A stretch of 32,000 bases of DNA from an uncultured Nitrososphaerota archaeon. GTDB lineage: Archaea > Korarchaeota > Korarchaeia > Korarchaeales > Korarchaeaceae. The translations under genes were made by a program, and so were the position numbers. Below the pieces are notes generated by a model. That model was given only the letters and a program-made list of their open reading frames with translations. It did not search any database and was not told the origin of the DNA. This document shows positions 9,079 to 18,734 of the stretch, piece after piece. The stretch spans positions 1 through 32,000 of the forward strand of contig CAYZRF010000002.1 in NCBI GenBank assembly GCA_964480775.1, written 5' to 3'. How positions within the stretch are numbered: the stretch's first letter is position 1; each line of letters begins with the position of its first letter.

Positions 9079-11247
9079 CTATCCCAACAAGCTGTCAATT
9101 GTTTTCATCGGTCTGCCCCCTTCTCTGAAGAACTTAGTCATAAATTCATACAATGTGAGCCTGGAAGCTTGAATGAACGCAGCCATCCCTTCTAATCCCA
9201 TAGCGAACAAGTTCATTGATGCGTTTGCTATCATGAAAGTAATCAGGCTACCACCTTCTCCAACAATGGACTCGGCAATTACACCAAAGGATGCATGAGC
9301 GATGGCAAAACCAGCTAATCTGAGGTAGGAAAGAGAATTCGCTAGAAGTCCGATGGTTCCTTCCAGTATTGCCTCAAACAATTCCATCACTCCATCGAAT
9401 AATCCGTGACCCTTAAGTTTAGGCTCTATGAGTATCGTAATGGCTGTTATTCCCAGCATAGCTCCTGCAAGCTTCATATAAGGATCCCCAAACGAAGCAG
9501 TAACATTGCCTTTGGATCTGTACACTGCATATGCGGCAAAGTCGTACATAAGTACCGTAAGCAACCCTCCATATCCAGACAAAGAAGCCAGATACTCTCT
9601 CTGAGCGACTTTATTGAAGATATTGGTTATGAAAGCTATGTTAAGATGGATCAATCCAAAAGTAATTGCCACAAGGAGCATCTTAAACGGCTCATGTATG
9701 GGAGACACTAGAAGGGGATGGTATGCCTCGATGAGAAAGACCTCACCATAAAGCGCTCCGAAGATCATTGAGCAAATTCCGGCTGGAATTAGCACCCCAC
9801 CAAGATCCTTTAGCGACTGACCTCCCTTTCTACGGATGAAGAGACCAAAGAGAAGTAGAGCCAGTCCATGACCTATGTCCCCGAACATTATGCCGAACAT
9901 TATCGGGAATAGCAAAGATACAAGTATGGTCGGATCTAGCTGCTTTGCTTGCGGATATCCCATCATTTTATGCGTTAAGAGCCTAAATGGAGCAACTAAA
10001 GAGGGAAGTCGGACGTAAATAGGACCTCTTTTATCCTCTTCAAATTCTAATTCTACAAGGGAGCCAAGCCTTTCTTTCATATGATCTTGGAATTTCTTTT
10101 CTAGAGAGGGTGGTATCCATCCAGAGATGGCTGAAACATTTTCTCCTTCATAAATATACTCCGACACTTTTGCTTTCAACAGGACTCTTTTTACATCCAG
10201 CATTGCCGCGTGGATTTTACTTCCAAGTTCTTTTAGCTCCTGCTTAAGTCTCCCCATTTCTTCATCTCTTCTTTTAACTAGCTTTTCTAAGCTAGATAAT
10301 TCCTTCTCGAGCTCTCTTTTCTTCATAATTAAGGGTTCGGCCGTTTTTGCGTATTCTGATAGCATTCTATCAAGAGAAAATCCTTCAGATAGAAGAACAG
10401 AGGCAGATAGAACCGAATTTCCGGTATCTGCTAAAGAATCTCTAAATTTATCTAGAGCCTTGATGATTTCATTATGGGCCTGCTTTATCTCATTGAGCAG
10501 AGTTGATGGTATTTCTTCTCCCTTAGATCTCAATTTAGATGTTTCTTCTAACAAAGATGCAATACTATTTGATTTTGTCTTGAGAGCCTTAAATTCATCT
10601 AATATCTTTTCTCTAAGGTCCGCTGGTAGAAAGTTAATTTCTTCTTCAATTTTAGAGATTAATGTATTGAGTTCGTTTGAAATTAACTCTCCCTCTCTGA
10701 TTCCAGGTAAAGCACTCATAGCTTCCCTAATAGCACCATTTAATGATTCTGTTAATTCTCCAAGAGAATTTAGTGTTCTAAAGATCTTCTTGTGAGATTC
10801 CTTTGCCTTGGCCCTAACTCTTGGTTCTAAAGATGAGAAAATCTCTTCTTCGAGCATAGATAATTCAGTATTAACTTCTTCTAACTTCTTTTTCACTTTT
10901 TCAATGTCTTTTTCATCTGGAAAGTGCTTAAGCAGCTCTAGCTTTTCATCTGCTTCCTTTAAAAGACCCTCAATTTCTTCCAAGGAGAAGCCATAGGATC
11001 CTTTTACTTCCTTAAGTTCAATTGCTCCAACAGTCTTTTCTATCTCGTTAAGCCTAAGCTTTAGCTTTTCAAGAACATCTGAATACTGTTTATCTGGTAT
11101 TTTGATTTTTTTGGTTGGTTCAAGCCCTGGTTTATCCATTTTTGCTAACTCTATCTCATTAAACTCAATTAGCGCATCTATAAGCCTGTTCACGTTCCAC
11201 TTGGGCGTATATAGATAGAAACGTTTAGTTTGAACTGCTCTGAACAT
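9079..11247 (-). CDS. atpI: A-type ATP synthase subunit I (V-ATPase a-like stator/proton channel)
   Basis: 722 aa: a long N-terminal coiled-coil cytoplasmic domain followed by multiple TM helices. The conserved LSYLRLAGFAIAH arginine motif is present. The gene lies immediately upstream of atpK on the same strand. Confidence 0.9.
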   Translation of the reverse strand: MFRAVQTKRFYLYTPKWNVNRLIDALIEFNEIELAKMDKPGLEPTKKIKIPDKQYSDVLEKLKLRLNEIEKTVGAIELKEVKGSYGFSLEEIEGLLKEADEKLELLKHFPDEKDIEKVKKKLEEVNTELSMLEEEIFSSLEPRVRAKAKESHKKIFRTLNSLGELTESLNGAIREAMSALPGIREGELISNELNTLISKIEEEINFLPADLREKILDEFKALKTKSNSIASLLEETSKLRSKGEEIPSTLLNEIKQAHNEIIKALDKFRDSLADTGNSVLSASVLLSEGFSLDRMLSEYAKTAEPLIMKKRELEKELSSLEKLVKRRDEEMGRLKQELKELGSKIHAAMLDVKRVLLKAKVSEYIYEGENVSAISGWIPPSLEKKFQDHMKERLGSLVELEFEEDKRGPIYVRLPSLVAPFRLLTHKMMGYPQAKQLDPTILVSLLFPIMFGIMFGDIGHGLALLLFGLFIRRKGGQSLKDLGGVLIPAGICSMIFGALYGEVFLIEAYHPLLVSPIHEPFKMLLVAITFGLIHLNIAFITNIFNKVAQREYLASLSGYGGLLTVLMYDFAAYAVYRSKGNVTASFGDPYMKLAGAMLGITAITILIEPKLKGHGLFDGVMELFEAILEGTIGLLANSLSYLRLAGFAIAHASFGVIAESIVGEGGSLITFMIANASMNLFAMGLEGMAAFIQASRLTLYEFMTKFFREGGRPMKTIDSLLG

Positions 11248-11338
11248 CTCTTCACACCTTGGTCATTGCTATGTCCAATACGTCAGCGATACATGGTAGC
11301 TTATAACTTTAATAGTGAACGTGTTTCCTGAGCCGAAA

Positions 11339-12709
11339 ATGCTACCTAGGCTACTCTTCTTCGTTGGTACAAGACCAGAGATCATAAAAGCAGCCCCCCT
11401 CTTTCATACGTTAAGGAAAAGTTCAGAGCTGCAAGTGGATCTTGTACACACTGGACAGCATTATGATTGGAACATGAGCGGTATCTTCATTGAAGAGCTA
11501 GGATTGCCAACTCCATTATATCACTTGGGAGCTGGCTCAGGTTCCCAAGCATTTCAGGTACGGGCAATAATTGAAAAGGCGGAAGAAACAGTTGGAACTT
11601 ATCTTCCAGACGCCATATTGGCTGTCGGAGATACTAATTCAACTCTAGCGGTCGCTATATTGGCGTCAAAGATGGACATACCTTTTATACACGTAGAAGC
11701 AGGTCTGAGGAGCTTTGACCTTACAATGCCTGAAGAAATAAACAGAAGAGTCGCCGACCATGTAGCATGCTTAAACTTCGCTCCCACAGAACGTGCAGCT
11801 TCTAATTTACTAAATGAAGGATACTTTCCGGAGCGAACGTTTGTGACAGGCAATACGGTAGTCGATGCTCTTCTTAAGATGCTTCCAAAAGCTAGGGCCG
11901 AGTCTAAAATCATAAAAAAACTGAAGATTGATCCTTCTAAGTTTATACTGACAGTAACCGTTCACCGAAGAGAAAATGCTGATAACCCAGAGAGACTCGA
12001 ATCAATTGTCAACGCACTAATTGAATTAAAAGAAGTTCAAATTGTCTGGCCACTTCATCCAAGGACGCGGGATAATATGGAAAAAACAGGGCTCCTGAAG
12101 CGTTTGTACACGGCAAAGCACATAAAGATAACAGACCCACTTTCTTACCTAGATTTCTTAAAACTATTAGATAGCTCTACCATCGTAGCAACGGACTCTG
12201 GTGGAGTGCAGGAAGAGGCAGCTACCCTAAAGGTTCCATGTGTGGTGTTAAGAGATAGCACAGAAAGACCAGAGATCATTGACGAAGGAATCGGAATGAT
12301 GGCTGGAGCTGATCATCTTAAGATAGTGAGGTGCATCAGAGATTTCCTGTACAACAACACTTTGCTAGAGAGAGTTAAGAGTGCTCCAAACCCGTTCGGT
12401 GATGGAACTGCATCAATTAAGATCTCAGAAATCCTTCTTAATTGGTTAGAGGATCAAAAAGTAGCAATATTGCCCCCAAGGTTCGATTCAGGGGCTCCCG
12501 TTTACACATCATTCTTAGTGAACAAAGATCTGTCTGGCCACACCGTGCGTGAAGCAGAGGGGGATTTAGTAAAGATAATATCGATATATTCAGAGGATGG
12601 GAGTTTCATGAGACCCAATCCAAACTTGATCCTAGAAACTCGGCAGATTATAAGAGTTTTAGGAGAAAAACCCCTGATAAACGACTTCAAGAGATTATGG
12701 AAGCTATGA
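11339..12709 (+). CDS. wecB: UDP-N-acetylglucosamine 2-epimerase (non-hydrolysing) with a C-terminal TrkA-C/RCK_C-like extension
   Basis: Motifs seen are FVGTRPEIIKAAPL, HTGQHYD, GDTNSTLA, HVEAGLRSFD..MPEEINR and DSGGVQEEA. The ATG at 11339 is preferred because a TATA-like ttataactttaata ends ~25 nt upstream. The track start GTG at 11315 is an alternative. The last ~85 aa lie beyond the epimerase fold. Confidence 0.88.
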   Translation: MLPRLLFFVGTRPEIIKAAPLFHTLRKSSELQVDLVHTGQHYDWNMSGIFIEELGLPTPLYHLGAGSGSQAFQVRAIIEKAEETVGTYLPDAILAVGDTNSTLAVAILASKMDIPFIHVEAGLRSFDLTMPEEINRRVADHVACLNFAPTERAASNLLNEGYFPERTFVTGNTVVDALLKMLPKARAESKIIKKLKIDPSKFILTVTVHRRENADNPERLESIVNALIELKEVQIVWPLHPRTRDNMEKTGLLKRLYTAKHIKITDPLSYLDFLKLLDSSTIVATDSGGVQEEAATLKVPCVVLRDSTERPEIIDEGIGMMAGADHLKIVRCIRDFLYNNTLLERVKSAPNPFGDGTASIKISEILLNWLEDQKVAILPPRFDSGAPVYTSFLVNKDLSGHTVREAEGDLVKIISIYSEDGSFMRPNPNLILETRQIIRVLGEKPLINDFKRLWKL

Positions 12710-12903
12710 CCTGAGAAAAAGGAAATCTTTGCTCTATAGGTAGCAATATCTATCTCAATGTAAATGACGGCCCTTTAAAGAGATTACATTACTATTAAAC
12801 CTCATCTTCTCAAAAATCATGGTTTTTCGAAAATAATATATTCCATTTCCTTTCTCTTTCAGAACATGTGAAGCGAATGAGCGCTATGATATGGGTATTA
12901 GAG

Positions 12904-12911
12904 TTTATAAA
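12904..12911 (+). promoter_or_regulatory. TATA-box candidate for the thermosome gene
   Basis: tttataaa lies ~85 nt upstream of the ATG. An SD-like gaggtgg (12984-12990) sits 5 nt before the ATG, implying a leadered mRNA. Confidence 0.35.
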
Positions 12912-12995
12912 GAGGAGTTGGTCTAAGGTTAAGACGGTAGTTTCCTACAGCTGGGAGATTACTAAGAACTAAAATAAGGATAGAGGTGGTTATTT

Positions 12996-14615
12996 ATGTC
13001 TGAAGGAGCAAAAATCCCAGTTCTTATACTCAAAGAAGGTACCAGTAGGACTAGAGGGCGCGAAGCCCTCAGGTTAAATATTTCTGTGGCAAAGGCAATA
13101 GCCGACGCTGTAAGAACGGCCCTTGGTCCTAAAGGAATGCAAAAAATGCTAGTAGATCCTTTTGGGGACGTGATAATTACTCACGACGGCGCTACCATCA
13201 TGAAAGAGATGGAAGTCGAACATCCAATTGCTAAGATGATGGTGGATTTGGCAAAGACACAGGATCAAGAGACCGGTGATGGAACAACTACCGTAGTTAT
13301 TATGGCTGGTGAACTCCTCTCTAGGGCAGAAGAACTAATTGACATGGGGATTCACCCAACAATAGTGATTTCTGGTTATAGAAAGGCTGAAAAGAAGGCT
13401 CAGGAGATACTCAACGAAATAGCAATTAATGTAAATTGGAACGATGAGCAGGTTTTAAAGCAAGTCGCTGAAATTGCAATGGGTTCTAAGGCGGTATCCT
13501 CTGCTAAATCTCATCTATCGGACTTGGCCGTTAAATCCTGCCTTGCTGTTGTAGAGGAGAGAGATGGAAAGAGAGTCGCCGATATAGACAACATAAAACT
13601 GGAAAAGAAGGAAGGAGGTTCCATTTTTGATACTCAGTTGATAAAAGGAATAGTAATAGACAAAGAAGTCGTTCACCCAGCCATGCCAAAAACCGTGGCT
13701 GACGCAAAAATAGCCCTTATTTCGAGAGCTCTAGAGGTTAAAAAGCCAGAGATAAGCTCAAAGATAAGAATAGTTTCTCCATCTCAAATCAAAGAGTTCC
13801 TAGATCAAGAAAAGGCTATGATAAGAGATTTGATAGAGAAGATAGCATCTACCGGAGCCAACGTGGTCTTCTGCCAGAAAGGAATAGACGATGTAGCCCA
13901 GCACTTCTTAGCAAAGAAGGGAATTTTAGCGGTTAGAAGGGTAAGGAAATCTGATATGGAAAAGCTTGCTAAGGCCACAGGTGCAAAGATTGTGGTTAAC
14001 CTAGAGGACATGTCCGAGAAGGACTTAGGGCACGCAGAGATGGTAGAAGAGCGCCGGGTCGGAGAGGATAAAATGGTATTTGTCGAAGGATGCAAGAACC
14101 CCAAAGCAGTTTCAATACTGATAAGAGGTGGATCGAAACAAATAGTTGATGAGACAGAACGTGCTCTACACGATGCTCTTTGCGTAGTAAGAGACGTCAT
14201 TGAAGATGGAAAGATAGTGGTTGGGGGCGGAGCCGTTGAATTAGAATTAGCGCTTCGCCTGAAAGAATATGCAAACACCTTAAGCGGAAAAGAGCAGGCC
14301 GCGGTCCAGAAATTCGCTGAAGCTCTTGAAGTCATACCAAAAACATTAGTGGAAAACTCTGGGATGGATACCGTAGTTAAGATGGCTGAATTGACGAGAC
14401 AACACGCTCTAGGAAATGTCTATCAAGGCTTTGACATATTCACTGGAAATGTTGTAGACATGAAAGAGAGGAACATAATTGAGCCATTAAGGGTGGTAAG
14501 TCACGCAGTTAAGTCTGCAGCAGAATTCGCAGAGACTATCTTAAAGATAGATGACATTATTGCGGCTGCAGGAAGGACAGAATTTCCAAGAAAGGGAGCT
14601 GGAGGAGAAACGTGA
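12996..14615 (+). CDS. ths: Thermosome subunit (group II chaperonin)
   Basis: 539 aa with [20 protein letters not shown], the ATP-binding motif GDGTTT, and VVGGGAVE. Confidence 0.96.
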   Translation: MSEGAKIPVLILKEGTSRTRGREALRLNISVAKAIADAVRTALGPKGMQKMLVDPFGDVIITHDGATIMKEMEVEHPIAKMMVDLAKTQDQETGDGTTTVVIMAGELLSRAEELIDMGIHPTIVISGYRKAEKKAQEILNEIAINVNWNDEQVLKQVAEIAMGSKAVSSAKSHLSDLAVKSCLAVVEERDGKRVADIDNIKLEKKEGGSIFDTQLIKGIVIDKEVVHPAMPKTVADAKIALISRALEVKKPEISSKIRIVSPSQIKEFLDQEKAMIRDLIEKIASTGANVVFCQKGIDDVAQHFLAKKGILAVRRVRKSDMEKLAKATGAKIVVNLEDMSEKDLGHAEMVEERRVGEDKMVFVEGCKNPKAVSILIRGGSKQIVDETERALHDALCVVRDVIEDGKIVVGGGAVELELALRLKEYANTLSGKEQAAVQKFAEALEVIPKTLVENSGMDTVVKMAELTRQHALGNVYQGFDIFTGNVVDMKERNIIEPLRVVSHAVKSAAEFAETILKIDDIIAAAGRTEFPRKGAGGET

Positions 14616-14872
14616 ACCAAGAAGAAATAATCGGCCCTAAGAAACTAACTCGATACGAAAAGACAAGAATAATAGCTCTTAGAGCTCAGCAAATTGCCGC
14701 TGGTTCCCCTCTTTTTCTTAAAGATGAAGAGATACCAGAGGGAGAGGTGGATCCTGTCAAGTTAGCCGAGCTAGAACTCAAACTAGGACGCTTACCGCTT
14801 CTGATAGAGAGAAAGAAGATAACTGGGGAATCCCAGCTGATCCCTGTGAATGAACTCATTGAAGAGGAGTAA
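14612..14872 (+). CDS. rpoK: DNA-directed RNA polymerase subunit K (Rpo6/RPB6/omega family)
   Basis: 86 aa with LTRYEKTRIIALRAQQIAAGSP and LPLLIERK. The GTG start overlaps the thermosome stop (GTGA), and ggaggag lies 5-11 nt upstream. Confidence 0.85.
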   Translation: MNQEEIIGPKKLTRYEKTRIIALRAQQIAAGSPLFLKDEEIPEGEVDPVKLAELELKLGRLPLLIERKKITGESQLIPVNELIEEE

Positions 14873-14956
14873 TGTTTAATAGCTCAAGCTGGTTCTCTCC
14901 TACTACCCATCCCCATGGGTAACATTACTTCATAATAAGTCAGGAAGGCGAGAGAT

Positions 14957-15241
14957 ATGTCAAGCGAGGAAGTGGGAATTGTATATGTTGGTAGGAAGCC
15001 TGCAATAAACTATGTTATGGCTACAACCCTCCAAATCAACAGGGGAGTAAAGAAAATAATCCTTAAAGCACGTGGAAGGGCAATTTCAAGGGCTGTTGAT
15101 GTGGCAGAAATAGCAAGACTAAAGTATTTCCCAGGAAAACTCAAAATCACAGATATAAGGACGGGAACTGACGAGCTAATAGAGGAAGACGGAAGTAGAA
15201 GGGATATTAGCGTCATTGAGATAGAGTTAACAACAGTCTAA
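14957..15241 (+). CDS. albA: Alba (Sac10b) DNA/RNA-binding protein
   Basis: 94 aa with VGRKPAINYVMA...IILKARGRAISRAVDVAEI, the standard Alba fold signature. Confidence 0.92.
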   Translation: MSSEEVGIVYVGRKPAINYVMATTLQINRGVKKIILKARGRAISRAVDVAEIARLKYFPGKLKITDIRTGTDELIEEDGSRRDISVIEIELTTV

Positions 15242-15266
15242 GTGTGAATGGAGGATGCAAATATAA

Positions 15267-15296
15267 GGGGATCAACCCCCAATTTTTCTCTTTTTT
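15267..15296 (+). terminator. Short GC hairpin plus two oligo-T tracts downstream of albA
   Basis: The sequence ggggatcaacccc (4-bp GC stem) is followed by aatttttctctttttt (T5 and T6), 26 nt after the albA stop. Confidence 0.5.
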
Positions 15297-15323
15297 AGAG
15301 TGTTAAGAGTGTAAGGAATTTAG

Positions 15324-16946
15324 ATGCCACCACAATTTTGGGTTGATGCGATATCAGAAGCTGTCTTAGAAAGAGAACATAGGCTAAATAGGGACTTAAA
15401 AGTCCTTAGAGTTGAATGTGGGATAGGAGCGAGTGGGTTTCCTCACATAGGGTCTGTTGGCGATGCTATTAGAGCATTTGGAGTGAAATTGGGACTGAAT
15501 GAACTTGGGGTAAAGAGTGAACTCATTGCGTACAGCGATGATAGGGATGGTTTAAGGAAAATTCCAGTTGGAATCCCCAAGGATTATGAGAGATACCTTG
15601 GAATCCCTGTAACAGACATTCCTGATCCGTGGAAATGCCATTCAAGCTATGGAGAACACATGAGTCAATTGCTTCTTGAAGCCCTAGAGATGCTTGAATT
15701 AGAATTCACTTTCATTTCAGCAACTCAAGCCTACAAATCAGGTCTCCTAGACAAATCAATAGACACTCTTCTACGAAATCACGAGAAAGTAGATCAAATA
15801 ATTAGAGAGGAAGTTGGATCCAGCAAGCCTCCGGGCTGGATACACTATTGGCCTGTTTGCGAGGAGTGTGGGAGAATTTACACAACTAGGGTGACAAAAG
15901 TTCTTCCAGATGAAGGAAAGGTTCTTTATGTGTGTGATCAAGAGTTTAAGGGAATTAAGGGATGTGGATACAAGGGAGAGGCTAGTTACTTAAAAGGGAC
16001 TGGAAAACTAGCGTGGATGGGCGGTGAATTCGCTGCTCGATGGGCCGCTTTAGGCATAACGTTTGAGCCTCACGGTAAGGACATAACCGACTCTTTCAGG
16101 GTTAACTCTAGAATTTGTAAGGAAGTGTTGAACTTCGACCCTCCACTTACAATAGTCTATGAGATGTTCCTCGACAGAACTGGATCGAAAATATCCAAAT
16201 CGAAAGGCAACGTTATAACACCTCAACAATGGCTTAGGTATTCTCCATCCGAAGTCCTTAGGATGATAATGTTCAAAAGATATAAGGGGACGAGAGCGAT
16301 CTCACTTGAGCTAATTCCAACGTACATCAATGAACTTGAAGATAAGCTTGCTCAATATCATAACTTGGATAAGATTAAAGATACCAGAAAAAGAATCAAC
16401 CTAAAAAGACTAGTTGAATACACATACCTTCTAGGAAAGGTTCCTGAACCTAAACAATACAGATTTGGGACGATACTAAACGTGATCTCAATTCTTCCGT
16501 ACAGGCAAATGGATGAAAAGTCTCTATTTGAACATGTTTCAGATATAGTCGGAAAGTATTATGAGATCCCTCGAGAAGAACTGAATGCAGATGAATGGTT
16601 TATTCAATTATTCCGTAGCGCTCTTAACTATCTAAATGAGATAGTACCCTACATGCATGTTGAAGTACCTAGCATAGACCCTCAAACACTTGAGACGATT
16701 GAGAGGTTTTTAGAATCAATAAGAGAAGATATGGATCCAGAAGAAATTCAATCCCTAGCTTTTTCTCTTGCCAGAGAAAGCGGAAGATCTATTAGAAAAT
16801 TCTTCTCAACGGTTTATTTCCTACTTTTGGGGAGGCCCTCTGGCCCCAAGTTAGGACCTTTAATTTACAGGCTCGGAATTGATACATCAAAATCGTTAAT
16901 ATTAAGTGCTATTCAAAAAATAAAGAAAGGTAATGGAGAAAAATAG
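15324..16946 (+). CDS. lysK: Lysyl-tRNA synthetase, class I
   Basis: 540 aa with a HIGH-type motif (GASGFPHIGSVGD), a KMSKS-type motif (SKISKSKGN) and a Cys cluster (CEECGRIY...CDQEF). This is a class I Rossmann-type LysRS, not class II. Confidence 0.92.
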   Translation: MPPQFWVDAISEAVLEREHRLNRDLKVLRVECGIGASGFPHIGSVGDAIRAFGVKLGLNELGVKSELIAYSDDRDGLRKIPVGIPKDYERYLGIPVTDIPDPWKCHSSYGEHMSQLLLEALEMLELEFTFISATQAYKSGLLDKSIDTLLRNHEKVDQIIREEVGSSKPPGWIHYWPVCEECGRIYTTRVTKVLPDEGKVLYVCDQEFKGIKGCGYKGEASYLKGTGKLAWMGGEFAARWAALGITFEPHGKDITDSFRVNSRICKEVLNFDPPLTIVYEMFLDRTGSKISKSKGNVITPQQWLRYSPSEVLRMIMFKRYKGTRAISLELIPTYINELEDKLAQYHNLDKIKDTRKRINLKRLVEYTYLLGKVPEPKQYRFGTILNVISILPYRQMDEKSLFEHVSDIVGKYYEIPREELNADEWFIQLFRSALNYLNEIVPYMHVEVPSIDPQTLETIERFLESIREDMDPEEIQSLAFSLARESGRSIRKFFSTVYFLLLGRPSGPKLGPLIYRLGIDTSKSLILSAIQKIKKGNGEK

Positions 16947-17442
16947 TGAGAGAATTAAGCGCTTATTGGAAATAAGAGAAAGCATGAAAAAGAGCATAAG
17001 CAGCCTCAATGATACCGTGCAAGAGCTTAGGGAGATATTAGATAGATTAGAGGATCTTCTATTAGAGGAATCTCTCGTCAGCGCTGACATAATGCTAGAG
17101 AAACGCCCACCTGAAGAGGTTGAAAAGAGAACAATCGAAGTAAGGCTTGGTGACGTTGAAATTGGGAAGATCTTTGTAAACCCGATTACAAAAACATTAA
17201 TCTTCAAACCTTCCGAAAGAGTGTTCATCCCTGCAAATTCCGGACCAATAGAGTCATTCTTGAAGAGGAAAGTCATAAGGGAGTTACGTAAAGAACAACC
17301 AACTCTAAAGTTCTTAATAGAAGAAGGCAAAGCTGGAGAAGTAAGCAAAATTGAAATATCTAATATAAAGGAAGATCAGCTAAATGACCTTATAGGAAAA
17401 CTCATATGGTCTGTAAGAAAATCAGCTGAACTTGAAAGGTGA
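16933..17442 (+). CDS. Hypothetical protein (N-terminal coiled coil, C-terminal alpha/beta region)
   Basis: 169-aa ORF whose composition matches its neighbours. The ATG overlaps the end of lysK by 14 nt. I recognise no family. Confidence 0.55.
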   Translation: MEKNSERIKRLLEIRESMKKSISSLNDTVQELREILDRLEDLLLEESLVSADIMLEKRPPEEVEKRTIEVRLGDVEIGKIFVNPITKTLIFKPSERVFIPANSGPIESFLKRKVIRELRKEQPTLKFLIEEGKAGEVSKIEISNIKEDQLNDLIGKLIWSVRKSAELER

Positions 17443-17446
17443 ACTC

Positions 17447-18067
17447 TTAATTTCTCTTAAGGGTCTCTTCAACAACCTTTCCAGCCGGAGCCTCTTCTTT
17501 GAATATACGAGCAGAGAACCTGTATACGTCCACATCTTCTCTAAGCCAACATCCGGACTGCATACCCGCCTTAATACAGGTTTGATCTAAGAATTCTTTT
17601 GAATTCCACCCGTACTCTACGGCAACCTGGGGTAAGAGAAGCCCACCAAACCAGCCAGATCTCACTATAAGCCCATGTTTCCCGACCACTACTTTTTCAG
17701 GTAGCTTCTCTCTAGAGTCTACGATGATCTTTTCAGGAGGAGATAAAATAGATACTTCAACCACCACAGAACTAAGTTCTCCAATGCTTAGTGGCGGGAA
17801 TCTCGGATCTTCAGTAGCAGCTGCAATGGCCGCTTCAATCGTTGCCTTATACAGCGGCAAAATAGGCTCAGGATAACCAATGCATCCTCTTAGTAGGCCT
17901 TTAGGGTACATATTCAGGGTCACGAAGACTCCAAAGTTAGATTTCAATACCCCATAGGGAGGATCTACTCTAATCCTACTACCATCCAAAAGGTATGTCT
18001 CTATTGCTCTTCTAGCTATTCTTACGAGATAAGCTCCCTCTTCGAATCCAATATCCTCAATATTCAT
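17447..18067 (-). CDS. AMMECR1-domain protein
   Basis: 206 aa with the hallmark LRGCIGYPEP and DPRFPP motifs. Confidence 0.88.
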   Translation of the reverse strand: MNIEDIGFEEGAYLVRIARRAIETYLLDGSRIRVDPPYGVLKSNFGVFVTLNMYPKGLLRGCIGYPEPILPLYKATIEAAIAAATEDPRFPPLSIGELSSVVVEVSILSPPEKIIVDSREKLPEKVVVGKHGLIVRSGWFGGLLLPQVAVEYGWNSKEFLDQTCIKAGMQSGCWLREDVDVYRFSARIFKEEAPAGKVVEETLKRN

Positions 18068-18108
18068 AGTTCACTACCCGTTCTTCAAAACCGATATCAA
18101 TGAAACCT

Positions 18109-18696
18109 TTATTCGGGCTTGGCATATCCGCGCTCTAACAATATGTCTCTAAGCTTATATACGGCTCTTTTAACATCTGCCTCTTTTTTAGCTCCAGTAC
18201 AAACCAAACTACCAGAGGCAAATACCAAGAACACCACTTTGGGACTATCCATCCTATAGATTAAACCTGGAAACTGCTCCGGCTCATAAAGAGTATTTGG
18301 CATCTCAAAAGCCAATCTTTCGATATCTACTTTAAGGAATAATTTTGCTGAGGCTACTATATTCTCAGCCTTTATCAAAGGCTTTCCTTCTATCTTTATC
18401 CCATGTTGCTTCATCAGCTCTATTGCTTTTTGAACAGCAATAGCGCTTTCCTCTATAGACTTCGTTCCAGTACACACAAACTTCCCACTATTAAACACTA
18501 GGAGGGCAGCTTTTGGTTCTTTTAATTTGAGAACCAATCCTGGGAACTTATCTGGCTCATACCTAGATTCCTTTATTTTAGTAGCTATTTCGTTTAAATC
18601 CAACCTTTGCCGTATGTCTGCAGATGAAACTACGTTTTGTATTTTTATTTCAGGTTTTTTCTTGATTTCTGGAAGTCCTTCACTCTCCAACCCCAT
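18109..18696 (-). CDS. tbp: TATA-box binding protein
   Basis: 195 aa with two direct repeats: IQNVVSSADI...YEPDKFPGLVLKL...LLVFNSGKFVCTG, and AENIVASAKL...YEPEQFPGLIYRM...FLVFASGSLVCTG. Confidence 0.96.
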   Translation of the reverse strand: MGLESEGLPEIKKKPEIKIQNVVSSADIRQRLDLNEIATKIKESRYEPDKFPGLVLKLKEPKAALLVFNSGKFVCTGTKSIEESAIAVQKAIELMKQHGIKIEGKPLIKAENIVASAKLFLKVDIERLAFEMPNTLYEPEQFPGLIYRMDSPKVVFLVFASGSLVCTGAKKEADVKRAVYKLRDILLERGYAKPE

Positions 18697-18723
18697 TACC
18701 AGCCCTATGCTCTTAAGAGGGGA

Positions 18724-18734
18724 CTTTTTAAATA
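18724..18734 (-). promoter_or_regulatory. TATA-box candidate for tbp (leaderless arrangement)
   Basis: On the - strand this reads tatttaaaaag and ends 27 nt upstream of the tbp ATG. Confidence 0.45.

Noticed and set aside
12877-12972. 31-codon ORF (MSAMIWVLEFIKRSW...) upstream of the thermosome gene
   Set aside because: It spans the probable thermosome TATA box, has no SD or family resemblance, and is very short. It is most likely non-coding leader or promoter DNA.
13805-14335. Other embedded antisense ORFs (13805-14335 in the thermosome, 26152-26583 in purB, 30759-31262 and 29469-29813 in mcm, 27553-27846 in hel308, 11599-11913 in wecB)
   Set aside because: Each lies entirely within a conserved gene on the opposite strand. 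None has a recognisable motif, a plausible promoter or an SD.
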